Assembly (NCBI RefSeq): GCF_020745735.1
Contig: NC_083449.1
Span: forward strand, 13,193,868-13,257,867
Length of the DNA: 64,000 nt
Reading direction: 5' to 3'
Source: Hemiscyllium ocellatum
Taxonomy: Eukaryota
A program made the translations under genes and the position numbers. The notes beneath the pieces are model-generated. The model was not told where the DNA came from. It ran no database searches and saw only the letters and a program-made list of their open reading frames with translations. Shown here piece by piece: positions 38,615 to 50,635 of the stretch (position 1 is the stretch's first letter; each line of letters starts with the position of its first letter).

Positions 38615-39908
38615 TAGAGACATGTACAACACGGAAAAAAAGACCCTTCGGTCCAACTCGTCCATGCCGACCAGATATCCCAACCTAATCTAGGCCCATA
38701 TCCCTCCAAACCCTTCCTATTCATATACCCATCCAAATGCCTTTTAAATGTTGCAATTTACCAGCCTCCACCACATCCTCTGGCAGCTCATTCCATACCC
38801 ATACCACCCTCCGTGGGAAAAAGTTGCCTCAAATGTCTCTTTTATATCTTTCCCCTCTCACCCTAAACCTATGCCCTCTAGTTCTGGACTCCCCGACCCC
38901 AGGGAAAAGACTTTTGTCTATTTACCCTATCCATGCCCCTCATGATTTTATAAACCTCTATAAGGTCACCCCTCAGCCTCCGACGCTCCAGGGAAAACAG
39001 CCCCAGCCTGTTCAGCCTCTCCCTATAGCTCAGATCCTCCAACCCTGGCAACATCCTTGTAAATCTTTGCTGAACCCTTTCAAGTTTCACAACATCTTTC
39101 CGATAGGAAGGAGACCAGAATTGCACGCAAAATTCCAACAGTGGCCTAACTAATGTCCTGTACAGCTGCAACATGACCTCCCAACTCCTGTACTCAATAC
39201 TCTGACCAATAAAGGAAAGCATACCAAACGCCTTCTTCACTATCCTATCTACCTGCGACTCCACTTTCAAGGAGCTATGAACCTGCACTCCAAGGTCTCT
39301 TTGTTCAGCAACATCCCTAGGACCTCACCATTAAGTGTCTAAGTCCTGCTAAGATTTGCTTTCCCAAAATGCAGCACCTCGCATTTATCTGAATTAAACT
39401 CCACCTGCTACCTCTCAGCCCATTGGCCCATCTGGTCCAGATCCTGTTGTAATCTGAGGTAACCCTTTTCGCTGTTCACTACACCTCCAATTTTGGTGCT
39501 ATCTGCAAACTTACTAACTGTACCTCTTATGCTCACATCCAAATAATTTATACAAATGACAAAAAGGTAAAGGGCCCAGCACCGATCCTTGTGGCACTCC
39601 ACTGGTCACGGGCCTCCAGTCTGAAAAACAATCCTCCACCACCACCCTCTGTCTTCTACCTTTGAGCCAGTTCTGTATCCAAATGGCTAGTTGTCCCTGT
39701 ATTCCATGAGATCTAACCTTGCTAATCAGTCTCCCATGGGGAATCTTGTCGAACACCTTACTGAAGTCCATATAGATGACATCTACCGCTCTGCCCTCAT
39801 CAATCTTCTTTGTTACTTCTTCAAAACACTCAAGACATGATTTCCCACGCACAAAGCCATGTTGACTATCCCTAATCAGTCCTTGCCTTTCCAAATACAT
39901 GTACATCC
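38615..39908 (-). mobile_element. CR1 LINE 3' portion (intronic), tail-to-tail with the preceding copy
   Basis: ORFs 38878..39288, 39408..39602 and 39514..39906(-) with QHGFVRGKSC, GVPQGSVLGP, FADSTK. Confidence 0.92.
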
Positions 39909-40507
39909 TGAACCTCGAAGTATAATATCCATGTGGCCATGCTGAAGCATTAAAGAGGTTATTTTTGTCATTTCTGTCTTTCCAAAAAAGAAGGCATTTT
40001 TACACTAGAGGCATTGATCTTTCTATTTGGAAAGCCGGTATATAGATTGTGAGGTCTTGGGATTTTATTTTTAAAGTTGGAAAGGTAGCAGTCGCCGAAC
40101 AGGATGTGGCCAGCTCTTCCAGACCAGGATTTAAGGTTTTTTTTACATTCAGCTTTCAGCAGCTGTTTATGATAACTCAACTAGGGCAGGAGCTGCTGGA
40201 GTCTCGCTTTATTCTTTTACATCAACAAATGTTGGGAGTTCTTGGCGGGTACGGCAGCAGCTACGGAGAAATATCTGAGGTAACGTTTCGGGGCGGACAA
40301 CTCTTCCTCAGAACGGTCACTTGGCCCGAAACATTAACTGTAATTCCTCTCCACACATTGCTGCCAGACCTACTGAGCGTTTCCAGCAATTTCTGTTTAT
40401 GGTTTCTGATTTACACCATCTGCAGTTTTTTTTATTTTGGTTTTTACTTAGAAATTATTTCCTCCCTCTCTCAGATACAGATGGAAGTTTGGGTTCTATC
40501 CTTTGAT

Positions 40508-41172
40508 TTATATACAGAATAACAGATACCCCGGGAGGGAGTTAAAAAAAACCTTAAATCCTGGTCTGTAAGAGCTGGCCACATCCTGTTCGGCGACTCC
40601 TACCTTTCCAATCTAATCGAGGGGTTCGGGGTGGGGTTTATATACAGAATAACAAATACCCCAGGAGGGAGTTACAGACTGGAATCTAATCGAGGGGTTC
40701 GGGGTGGGGTTTATATACAGAATAACAGATACCCCGGGAGGGAGTTACAGACTGGAATCTAATCGAGGGGTTCGGGGTGGGGTTTATATACAGAATAACA
40801 GATACCCCGGGAGGGAGTTACAGACTGGAATCTAATCGAGGGGTTCGGGGTGGGGTTTATATACAGAATAACAGATACCCCGGGGAGGGAGTTACAGACT
40901 GGAATCTAATCGAGGGGTTCGGGGTGGTTTATATACAGAATAACAGATACCCCGGGAGGGTGTTACAGTCTGGAATCTAATCGAGGGGTTCAGGGTGGTT
41001 TATATACAGAATAACAGATACCCCGGGAGGGGGTTACAGACTGGAATCTAATCGAGGGGTTCGGGGTGGGGTTTATATACAGAATAACAGATACCCCGGG
41101 AGGGAGTTACAGACTGGAATCTAATCGAGGGGTTCGGGGTGGTTTATATACAGAATGACAGATACCCCGGGA
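40508..41172. repeat. ~73-bp minisatellite (TTTATATACAGAATAACAGATACCCCGGGAGGGAGTTACAGACTGGAATCTAATCGAGGGGTTCGGGGTGGGG)n
   Basis: TATACAGAAT recurs at 40641, 40714, 40787, 40860 and onward; about 8 copies. Confidence 0.95.
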
Positions 41173-41289
41173 TGGGTTTAACCTGCAAGACAGGACTGTT
41201 TTTTCTGAATTTGCCTTTTTGCCAAAGGGATGCGCTTATGGGGTGTAACTGTGTTAGAATAATTCATTAGTCCCTGGAGGAGGGGCTAG

Positions 41290-42190
41290 AAGGTTGGGTG
41301 AGCAAGTTTGCGGATGATACAAAAGTCGGTGGAGTTGTTGACAGTGAGGAAGGATGTGGCAGGTTACAGCGGGATATAGATAAGCTGCAGAGCTGGGCAG
41401 AAAGGTGGCAAATGGAGTTCAATGTAGCTAAGTGTGAAGTGATTCACTTTGGTAAGAGTAACAAGAAGATGGAATACTGGGCTATTGGTCAGATACTTGT
41501 GGATGAGCAGAGGGATCTTGGTGTCCATGTACACAGATCTCCGAAAGTTGCCACCCAGGTAAATAGTGCTGTGAAGAAGGCATATGGTGTACTGGCTTTT
41601 ATTGGTAGAGGAATTGAGTTCCGGAGTCCTGAGGTCATGTTGCAGTTGTATAAGACTCTGGTGCGGCCGCATCTGGAGTATTGTGTGCAGTTTTGGTCGC
41701 CATACTATAGGAAGGATGTGGAGACACTGGAACGGGTGCAGAGGAGATTTACCAGGATGTTGCCTGGCATGGTAGGAAGATCGTATGAGGAAAGGCTGAG
41801 GCACTTGGGGCTGTTTTCATTGGAGAAAAGAAGGTTCAGGGGTGACTTGATAGAGGTGTACAAGATGATTAGGGGTTTAGATAGGGTTGACCATGAGAAC
41901 CTTTTTCCACGTATGGAGTCAGCTATTACGAGGGGGCATAGCTTTAAATTAAGGGGTGGTAGGTATAGGACAGATGTTAGGGGTAGATTCTTTACTCAGC
42001 GGGTTGTGAGTTCATGGAATGCCCTGCCAGTAGCAGTGGTGGACTCTCCCTCTTTATGGGCATTTAAGCGGGCATTGGATAGGCATATGGAGGATAGTAG
42101 GCTAGTGTAGGTTAGGTGGGCTTGGATCGGCGCAACATCGAGGGCCGAAGGGCCTGGACTGCGCTGTATTTTTCTATGCTCTATGTTCTA
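41290..42190 (+). mobile_element. Young CR1 LINE 3' portion (intronic, antisense to the ZBP1-like gene)
   Basis: Uninterrupted ORF 41298..42110 [22 protein letters not shown].. Confidence 0.95.
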
Positions 42191-42780
42191 ATAGTTACCG
42201 CATCGATTATACTTGTTGCGTTTTTCAAGAGTTAAGCTATTTTCAGATCTCGTTTCTATGGTTGTATTTTAACTATAGTGTTCAAATAAATTATATTTTC
42301 CTTAACATCGACCCATCGAATTGCATCTGTAACACGGCACGTTACATTTTCCATTGAAAGTAAAACAATGGTAAGAGTCACGTCTACCTTTTTAAAATAT
42401 TTTGAGGGGGGGGCTGGTCTGGTCCATTGCCCCCACTCCACATCGCTTTTGTGAAAATCTGGTCGACTCTGCTCCCACAGATGCCAACTCCCTGCCTCGA
42501 AATGAGATGTTGCCACACTCCCCTCACTCCACTACTTTCCTCGACCTTTCCCCTCGCTCCCAGTGTCTCTCTCTGCTTCCCAGCTCCCCTCACAGGGCCG
42601 AAGGTGGCCATTAAGCCCATCAGAAGAGCATCCCACCCAGACCTCTCTGTCTCTATCACACACACATCAAATAAAAATGGTCTCTTGTCATCCCTCACAC
42701 CCCAACACCCCCTCCTTTCCCACATTCTCTCTCTCTCCAAGGCACTCTGGATATCCTCCTGGATGTGGATGGACCCCCAC

Positions 42781-42966
42781 CTCCTTCCCTTGCTGGTAGG
42801 ATGCTCCATGTCACACCATCCTGCCTGACCAGGCCTTGCCTCTTGAGGGCGTACAGCGATGGGTTGACGGATTTCTTGGATTCCTTGCCCATGAACTTGG
42901 CGAGCTGCAGGGCAGTAGCGGACCCCCGAGATGACAGCTGAATGAGAATGTCCTGCTCGAGTGGAC
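42781..42966 (-). CDS. ZBP1: ZBP1-like gene, second Zalpha (Zalpha2/Zbeta) exon
   Basis: Acceptor ..ccgtccggcccag|GT, donor GAG|GTGGGG, 186 nt, phase 1-1; PLEQDILIQLSSRGSATALQLAKFMGKESKKSVNPSLYALKRQGLVRQDGVTWSI has the Zalpha N-x-x-L-Y and beta-wing W signature. Confidence 0.88.
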
Positions 42967-43074
42967 CTGGGCCGGACGGGGGGGGAGATAACGAAGGGAC
43001 ATCAGTGAACAAGCAATGGCTGCCTCGACTCTCAGGAGCCAACCCCACGTGGCCCCAAACAAACCACCTACCGC

Positions 43075-46000
43075 CCCCAACTTTCTCAGTCTCACACCCC
43101 CCACCCCCAACTTTCTCAGTCTCACACTCCCCAACTTTCTCAGTCTCACACCCCCCTCCCCCAACTTTCTCAGTCTCACCCCCCCAACTTTCTCAGTCTC
43201 ACACCCTCGCCCCCAACTTTCTCAGTCTCACAATCCCGCCCCCAACTTTCTCAGTCTCACACCCCCCAACTTTCTGAGTCTCACAATCCCGCCCCCAACT
43301 TTCTCAGTCTCTCACACACCCCCAACTTTCTCAGTCTCACAACCCCCACCCCCAACTTTCTCAGTCTCACACCCCCCCAACTTTATCAGTCTCACACCCC
43401 CACCCCCAACTTTCTCAGTCTCACACCCCCCGCCCCCAACCTTCTCAGTCTCACACCCCCGCCCCCAACTTTCTCAGTCTCTCACACACTCCCCAACTTT
43501 CTCAGTCTCACACCCCCGCCCCCAACTTTCTCAGTCTCTAACACACTCCCCAACTTTCTCAGTCTCACCACCCCGCCCCCAACTTTCTCAGTCTCTCACA
43601 CACTCCCCAACTTTCTCAGTCTCTCACACACTCCCCAACTTTCTCAGTCTCACACCCCAGCTCCCAACTTTCTCAGTCTCACACCCCGCCCCCAACTTTC
43701 TCAGTCTCACAATCCCGCCCCCAACTTTCTCAGTCTCACACCCCCCAACTTTCTCAGTCTCACAATCCCGCCCCCAACTTTCTCAGTCTCTCACACACCC
43801 CCAACTTTCTCAGTCTCACAACCCCCACCCCCAACTTTCTCAGTCTCACACCCCCCCAACTTTATCAGTCTCACACCCCCACCCCCAACTTTCTCAGTCT
43901 CACACCCCCCGCCCCCAACCTTCTCAGTCTCACAATCCCGCCCCCAACTTTCTCAGTCTCACACCCCCCAACTTTCTCAGTCTCACACCCCCGCCCCCAA
44001 CTTTCTCAGTCTCACACCCCCCACCCCCAACTTTCTCAGTCTCACACACCCCCACCCCCAACTTTCTCAGTCTCACACCCCCAACTTTCTCAGTCTCACA
44101 CACCCCACCCCCAACTTTCTCAGTCTCACACTCCCCAACTTTCTCAGTCTCACACCCCCCTCCCCCAACTTTCTCAGTCTCACACCCCCCACCCCCAACC
44201 TTCTCAGTCTCACACCCCCGCCCCCAACTTTCTCAGTCTCTCACACACTCCCCAACTTTCTCAGTCTCTCACACACTCCCCAACTTTCTCAGTCTCACAC
44301 CCCAGCTCCCAACTTTCTCAGTCTCACACCCCCGCCCCCAACTTTCTCAGTCTCTCACACACTCCCCAACTTTCTCAGTCTCACCACCCCGCCCCCAACT
44401 TTCTCAGTCTCTCACACACTCCCCAACTTTCTCAGTCTCTCACACACTCCCCAACTTTCTCAGTCTCACACCCCAGCTCCCAACTTTCTCAGTCTCACAC
44501 CCCCGCCCCCAACTTTCTCAGTCTCACACCCCCCACCCCCAACTTTCTCAGTCTCACACACCCCACCCCCAACTTTCTCAGTCTCACACCCCCAACTTTC
44601 TCAGTCTCACACACCCCACCCCCAACTTTCTCAGTCTCACACTCCCCAACTTTCTCAGTCTCACACCCCCCTCCCCCAACTTTCTCAGTCTCACACCCCC
44701 CACCCCCAACTTTCTCAGTCTCACACCCCCCTCCCCCAACTTTCTCAGTCTCACACCCCCCACCCCCAACTTTCTCAGTCTCACACCCCCGCCCCCAACT
44801 TTCTCAGTCTCACACTCCCCAACTTTCACAGTCTCACACCCCCAACTTTCTCAGTCTCACAACCCCCACCCCCAACTTTCTCAGTCTCACACCCCCGCCC
44901 CCAACTTTCTCAGTCTCACACACCCCGCCCCCAACTTTCTCAGTCTCACACACCCCCAACTTTCTCAGTCTCACAACCCCCACCCCCAACTTTCTCAGTC
45001 TCACACCCCCGCCCCCAACTTTCTCAGTCTCACACTCCCGCCCCCAACTTTCTCAGTCTCACACCCCCCACCCCCAACTTTCTCGGTCTCACACCCCCCG
45101 CCCCCAACTTTCTCAGTCTCACACCCCCACCCCCAACTTTCTCAGTCTCACACACCCACCCCCAACTTTCTCAGTCTCACACCCCCCACCCCCAACTTTC
45201 TCAGTCTCACACCCCCCCAACTTTCTCAGTCTCACAACCCCCACCCCCAACTTTCTCAGTCTCACACCCCCAACTTTCTCAGTCTCACACACCCCCACCC
45301 CCAACTTTCTCAGTCTCACACCCCCGCCCCCAACTTTCTCAGTCTCACACACCCCCACCCCCAACTTTCTCAGTCTCACACCCCCGCCCCCAACTTTCTC
45401 AGTCTCACACTCCCGCCCCCAACTTTCTCAGTCTCACACCCCCACCCCCAACTTTCTCAGTCTCACATCCCCCGCCCCCAACTTTCTCAGTCTCACACCC
45501 CCCACCCCCAACTTTCTCAGTCTCACACACCCCCAACTTTCTCAGTCTCACACCCCCACCCCCAACTTTCTCAGTCTCACACCCCCCGCCCCCAACTTTC
45601 TCAGTCTCACAACCCCCACCCCCAACTTTCTCAGTCTCACACCCCCAACATTCTCAGTCTCACACCCCCCACCCCCAACTTTCTCAGTCTCACACCCCCG
45701 CCCCCAACTTTCTCAGTCTCACACACCCCCAACTTTCTCAGTCTCACACCCCCCACCCCCAACTTTCTCAGTCTCACACCCCCGCCCCCAACTTTCTCAG
45801 TCTCACAACCCCCACCCCCAACTTTCTCAGTCTCACACCCCCACCCCCAACTTTCTCAGTCTCACACACACCCCCAGCCTTCTCAGTCTCACACACACTC
45901 CCCCAGCCTTCTCAGTCTCACACACTCCCCCAGCCTTCTCAGTCTCACACACACTCCCCCAGCCTTCTCAGTCTCACACACACTCCCCCAGCCTTCTCAG

Positions 46001-46750
46001 TCACTCACACACACCCCCCCAGCCTTCTCAGTCTCTCACACACTCCCCCAGCCTTCTCAGTCACTCACACACACCCCCGGCCTTCTCAGTCACTCACACA
46101 CACACCCCCAGCCTTCTCAGTCTCACACACACTCCCCCAGCCTTCTCAGTCTCACACACACTCCCCCAGCCTTCTCAGTCTCACACACACACCCCCAGCC
46201 TTCTCAGTCTCACACACACTCCCCCAGCCTTCTCAGTCTCACACACACTCCCCCAGCCTTCTCAGTCACTCACACACTCCCCCAGCCTTCTCAGTCTCAC
46301 ACACTCCCCCAGCCTTCTCAGTCACTCACACACTCCCCCAGCCTTCTCAGTCTCACACACCCCCAGCCTTCTCAGTCTCTCACCACACCCCCAGCCTTCT
46401 CAGTCACTCACACACACCCCCAGCCTTCTCAGTCTCACACACACCCCCAGCCTTCTCAGTCTCACACACTCCCCCAGCCTTCTCAGTCTCACTCACACAC
46501 CCCCAGCCTTCTCAGTCATTCACACACACCCCCAGCCTTCTCAGTCTCACACACACTCCCCCAGCCTTCTCAGTCTCACTCACACACCCCCAGCCTTCTC
46601 AGTCTCACACACACTCCCCCAGCCTTCTCAGTCTCACACACACTCCCCCAGCCTTCTCAGTCTCACACACACACCCCCAGCCTTCTCAGTCACTCACACA
46701 CTCCCCCAGCCTCTCAGTCTCTCACACACTCCCCCAGCCTGCTCAGTCTC
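43075..46750. repeat. 3.7-kb variable-length minisatellite (CCCCAACTTTCTCAGTCTCACAC..), switching to a CCCCAGCCTTCTCAGTC variant at about 45870
   Basis: Well over 100 copies of the core; source of the spurious 1296-aa ORF. Confidence 0.97.
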
Positions 46751-47132
46751 TCACATTCCCAAATTTCCCAGTGTCACCTGTCCACGTTTCTCAGTCTCTC
46801 CTCTGCCCAGTTTTCTCTGTCTCACCCCATCCATTCTATTCCTCTCTCCCTCCTGTTATTGTCCCCTTCCCCCCCCCCTCCATCCCCAAACCTCCCCCCC
46901 ACATAGGAGCTGGGAAGGGACAATTGGACATGACTCTGAATCACCCTAAAGGTCCACCAGATGGCCGGATCTGAAAGCCAGGCGTGATTGTGGGATGTGA
47001 TTTCAGCTGCACGAGACTCTGTTATTTTTCAGAGTGGGGGAGTAGAGACAGACGTGGCAGGGGTCTTTAGGGGTTAAAGGAAAGCTGCCGAATGAGAGCC
47101 TTTGGATCGGTGCCACTGCAGATTGTTACAGA

Positions 47133-47577
47133 CTCTCCGACAGTGCCCACTCCCTCAGCACTGACCCTCCGACAGTGCGGCACTCCCTCAGCACGGACCC
47201 TACGACAATGCCCACTTCCTCAGCACTGACCCTCCGACAGTGCCCACTCCCTCTGCACTGACCCTCCGACAGTGCCCACTCCCTCTGCACTGACCCTCCG
47301 ACAGTGCCCCCTCCCTCAGCACTGACCCTCCGACAGTGTCCACTCCCTCAGCACTGACCCTCCGACAGTGCCCACTCTCTCAGCACTGACCCTCCGACAG
47401 TGCTGCACTCCCTCAGCACTGACCCTCCGACAGTGCCCACTCCCTCAGCACTGACCCTCCGACAGTGCCCGCTCCCTCAGCACTGACCGTACGACAGTGC
47501 CCGCTCCCTCAGCACTGACCGTACGACAGTGCCCATTCCCTCAGCACTGACCCTCCGACAGTGCCCCCTCCCTCAGT
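47133..47577. repeat. 32-bp minisatellite
   Basis: Same unit as 36360-37240. Confidence 0.93.
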
Positions 47578-47931
47578 AAACTCATATAGATTTCCTTTTA
47601 TGGGGGAACTGATGTGAATTATTTTGACCGTGTCTCACAGGGTGGGAGGTAAATTAATATTTAGGGATTGTAATTATTTAATCCAGCTCTGTGAGACTCA
47701 ATCGTCAAATGTAGTCTTCTCGAGTGACCCATTATAACCTTCCCATCGATGTTAATTTGATAGGAATCTGGCTTGAATCCTCCCACAGTATTTTATGAAA
47801 AGGTTATTTGGAACAAACACAGCTCCCAGATGGTTTCATCCAATCTCATTTCATCTATTAAGCTCCTGATGGATCGATCTAACCCCACCCACACTGTGCA
47901 AATTAATCCCATTGGAGAGGATCTCTGTGAC

Positions 47932-47995
47932 ATGCCCAGGGTCCCAATGCCAGGGTCCCAATGCCAGGGTCCCAATGCCAGGGTCCCAATGCCCT
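47932..47995. repeat. 14-bp tandem repeat (ATGCCAGGGTCCCA) x4
   Basis: Directly visible. Confidence 0.85.
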
Positions 47996-48183
47996 GGCTG
48001 TGCAATGGACAGAGATTAAAGAGAGAAAGGCCAGTGCTGTATCAGACTTACCAAGGCTATTTCCATTGTGGCTCACAACAGGACCCGCCATTGTGTTCAC
48101 TGGCACGAGCGAGGGAGCTGGGGAAGGTCAGACAAGTTTAAGCATTTTCAGTACCAACCCCCCCCCCCCCCCCACCCCCCCCC

Positions 48184-48227
<44 letters not shown>

Positions 48228-48289
48228 GTCAGGGGGGTTAGGAATCACAAACAGGGTTAGGGAGATCTGTGGGGGTCCTGTGACCATGC

Positions 48290-49296
48290 ATCGACAGTGC
48301 GGCATTCCTTAAGTGCTGACCCTCCGACAGTGCCAGCTCCCTCAGCACTGATCCTCCGACAGTGCCCACTCCCTCAGCACTGACCCTCCGACAGTGCCCG
48401 CTCCCTCAGCACTGACCGTCCGACAGTGCCCACTTCCTCAGCACTGACCCTACGTCAGTGCCCACTACCTCAGCACTGACCCTCCGACGGTGTTGCACTC
48501 CCTCAGCACTGACCCTCTGACAGAGTCCACTCCCTCAGCACTGACCCTCCGACAGTGCCCACTCCCTCAGCACTGACCCTCCGACAGTGCCCGCTCCCTC
48601 AGCACTGACCCTCTGATAATGCCCACTCCCTCAGCACTGACCCTCCGACAGTGTGGCACTCCCTCAGCACTGACCCTCCGACAGTGCGGCACTCCCTCAG
48701 CACTGACCCTCCGACAGTGCAGCACTCCCTCAGCACTGACCCTCCGACAGTGCCCTTCCCTCAGCACTGACCCTCTGACAGAGCCCAGTCCCTCAGCACT
48801 GACCCTCCGACAGTGCGGCGTTCCCCCTGCACTGACCCTTCGACAGTGCAGCACTCCCTCAGCACTGACCCTCCGACAGTGCCCACTCCCTCAGCACTGA
48901 CCCTCCGACAGTGCAGCACTCCCTCAGCACTGACCCTCCGACAGTGCAGCACTCCCTCAGCACTGACCCTCCGACGGTGTTGCACTCCCTCAGCACTGAC
49001 CCTCCGACAGTGCAGCACTCCCTCAGCACTGACCCTCCGACAGTGCAGCACTCCCTCAGCACTGACCCTCCGACGGTGTTGCACTCCCTCAGCACTGACC
49101 CTCCAACAGTACCCACTCCCTCAGCACTGACCCTTCCACAGTGCCCGCTCCCTCAGCACTGACCCTTCCACAGTGCCCGCTCCCTCAGCACTGACCCTCC
49201 AACAGTACCCACTCCCACAGCACTGACCCTCCCACAGTGCCCACTCCCTCAGCACTGACCCTCCCACAGTGCCCACTCCCTCAGCACTGACCCTCT
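48290..49296. repeat. 32-bp minisatellite
   Basis: About 31 copies of the same unit. Confidence 0.95.
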
Positions 49297-49379
49297 GATG
49301 CAGCCCGTCCCCTGGGAGTCTGGATTCAGTGCTCAGTGTAGGGTGCTTCAGACCTGAGCGAATGTCTGGCAGTACGTAC

Positions 49380-49577
49380 GTGTGGGAGTTGTATCGTCCG
49401 CGGTTAATCCACACAACATCCAGTGCTTGTCATCTGCCTTCTTTATCTGCCCTTGTCTCTCCAACTGATACAAACAGCGCTGGACGGTTGCTTTTGGCTG
49501 ATGTAGCTCCTGAGCAAGACAGATGGCTGACTTCCGACTGGATTCCTGCAAACACACCATGATCCTCTGATGCAGGT
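49380..49577 (-). CDS. ZBP1: ZBP1-like gene, first Zalpha exon
   Basis: Acceptor ctgctttgcacag|AC, donor CAC|GTACGT, 198 nt, phase 1-1; (x)LHQRIMVCLQESSRKSAICLAQELHQPKATVQRCLYQLERQGQIKKADDKHWML: winged-helix Zalpha pattern with PK, LY and W. Confidence 0.82.
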
Positions 49578-49834
49578 CTGTGCAAAGCAGGGAGTATGGA
49601 ATATATGGAAGTTAATTTGGCAGTTACATCGTTAATTTAGCGTTATCATGCATGCACGGGATTACTTGACAAGGGTCAGGTAACAGGTAATGGTAGCACA
49701 CTTTAATAGGCTCGTTAAATCACGTGATAAGTTAATGTTAAAGATGATGGTGATGTCAGATGGGAGTGTGGCAAAAATTGATTAGTTTACAAAGACAAGT
49801 ATGTATTGGTTTATGATTAGTTATGCACCAGGTA

Positions 49835-50270
49835 AGGATGGTCTAACATATGAGGAATGGCTGAGGATCCTGGGATTGTATTCATTGGAGTTTAGAAGAT
49901 TAAGGAGAGACTTAATAGAGACGTACAAGATAATACATGCCTTGGAAAGGGTGGACGCTAGGAAATTGTTTCCGTTAGGCGAGGAGACTAGGACCCGTGG
50001 ACACAGCCTCAGAATTAGAGGGGGTCAATTTAGAACAGAAATGCGGAGACATTTCTTCAGCCAGAGAGTGGGGGGCCGGTGGAATTCATTGCCGCAGAGT
50101 GCAGTGGAGGCCGGGACACTAAATGTCTTCAAGGCAGAGATTGATAGATTCTTGTTGTCTCGAGGAATTAAGGGCTACAGGGAGAATGCGGGTAAGTGGA
50201 GTTGAAATGCCCAGCAGCCATGATTGAATGGGCCGAATGGCCTTACTTCCACTCCTATGTCTTCTGTTCT
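49835..50270 (+). mobile_element. CR1 LINE 3' end
   Basis: GLTYEEWLRILGLYSLEFRRLR..; same subfamily as 27740-28840. Confidence 0.9.
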
Positions 50271-50624
50271 TATGGAATTAGGGCAGGAAAGACCGAAGAT
50301 TTAGAGATGTCGGTGTTGGGCTGGGGTGGACAAAGCCAAAAATCACACAACACCAGGTTATAGTCCAACAGGTTTAATTGGAAACAATTTCCCTGAAGAA
50401 GGGGCAGCGCTCCGAAGCGAGTTTGCTTCCAACGTTGTGTGATTTTTAACTTGATAGAGAGAAGAACCTCAATGAGGTGAGTGGACAGACAGGAGAGACG
50501 TGTTCTGACAGCCACAGCTTCGATTTGCAAATCAAACATCGACTTTTCTGTCTCCTGTCAATGTTCTCAGAGGGTGGCGTGGTCTGGCCACAACAGGAGC
50601 TCCACGTGAAACACAACGCAGTGT

Positions 50625-50635
50625 GAAACCGAAAG
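50625..50635. promoter_or_regulatory. ISRE/IRF-binding motif
   Basis: GAAACCGAAAG matches GAAANNGAAA; about 1 kb 5' of the Zalpha1 exon. Confidence 0.5.

Noticed and set aside
43016-46906. 1296-aa ORF on the + strand
   Set aside because: Stop-free translation of a C-rich minisatellite, antisense within the ZBP1-like intron; no domain content.
36360-49296. 32-bp and 73-bp arrays as CRISPR
   Set aside because: Head-to-tail units with no unique spacers, no cas genes, eukaryotic context.
42781-49577. Zalpha exons as ADAR1 or PKZ
   Set aside because: No dsRBD, deaminase or kinase exons are recognisable; the phase-compatible downstream exons encode RHIMs and end at a stop followed by AATAAA.
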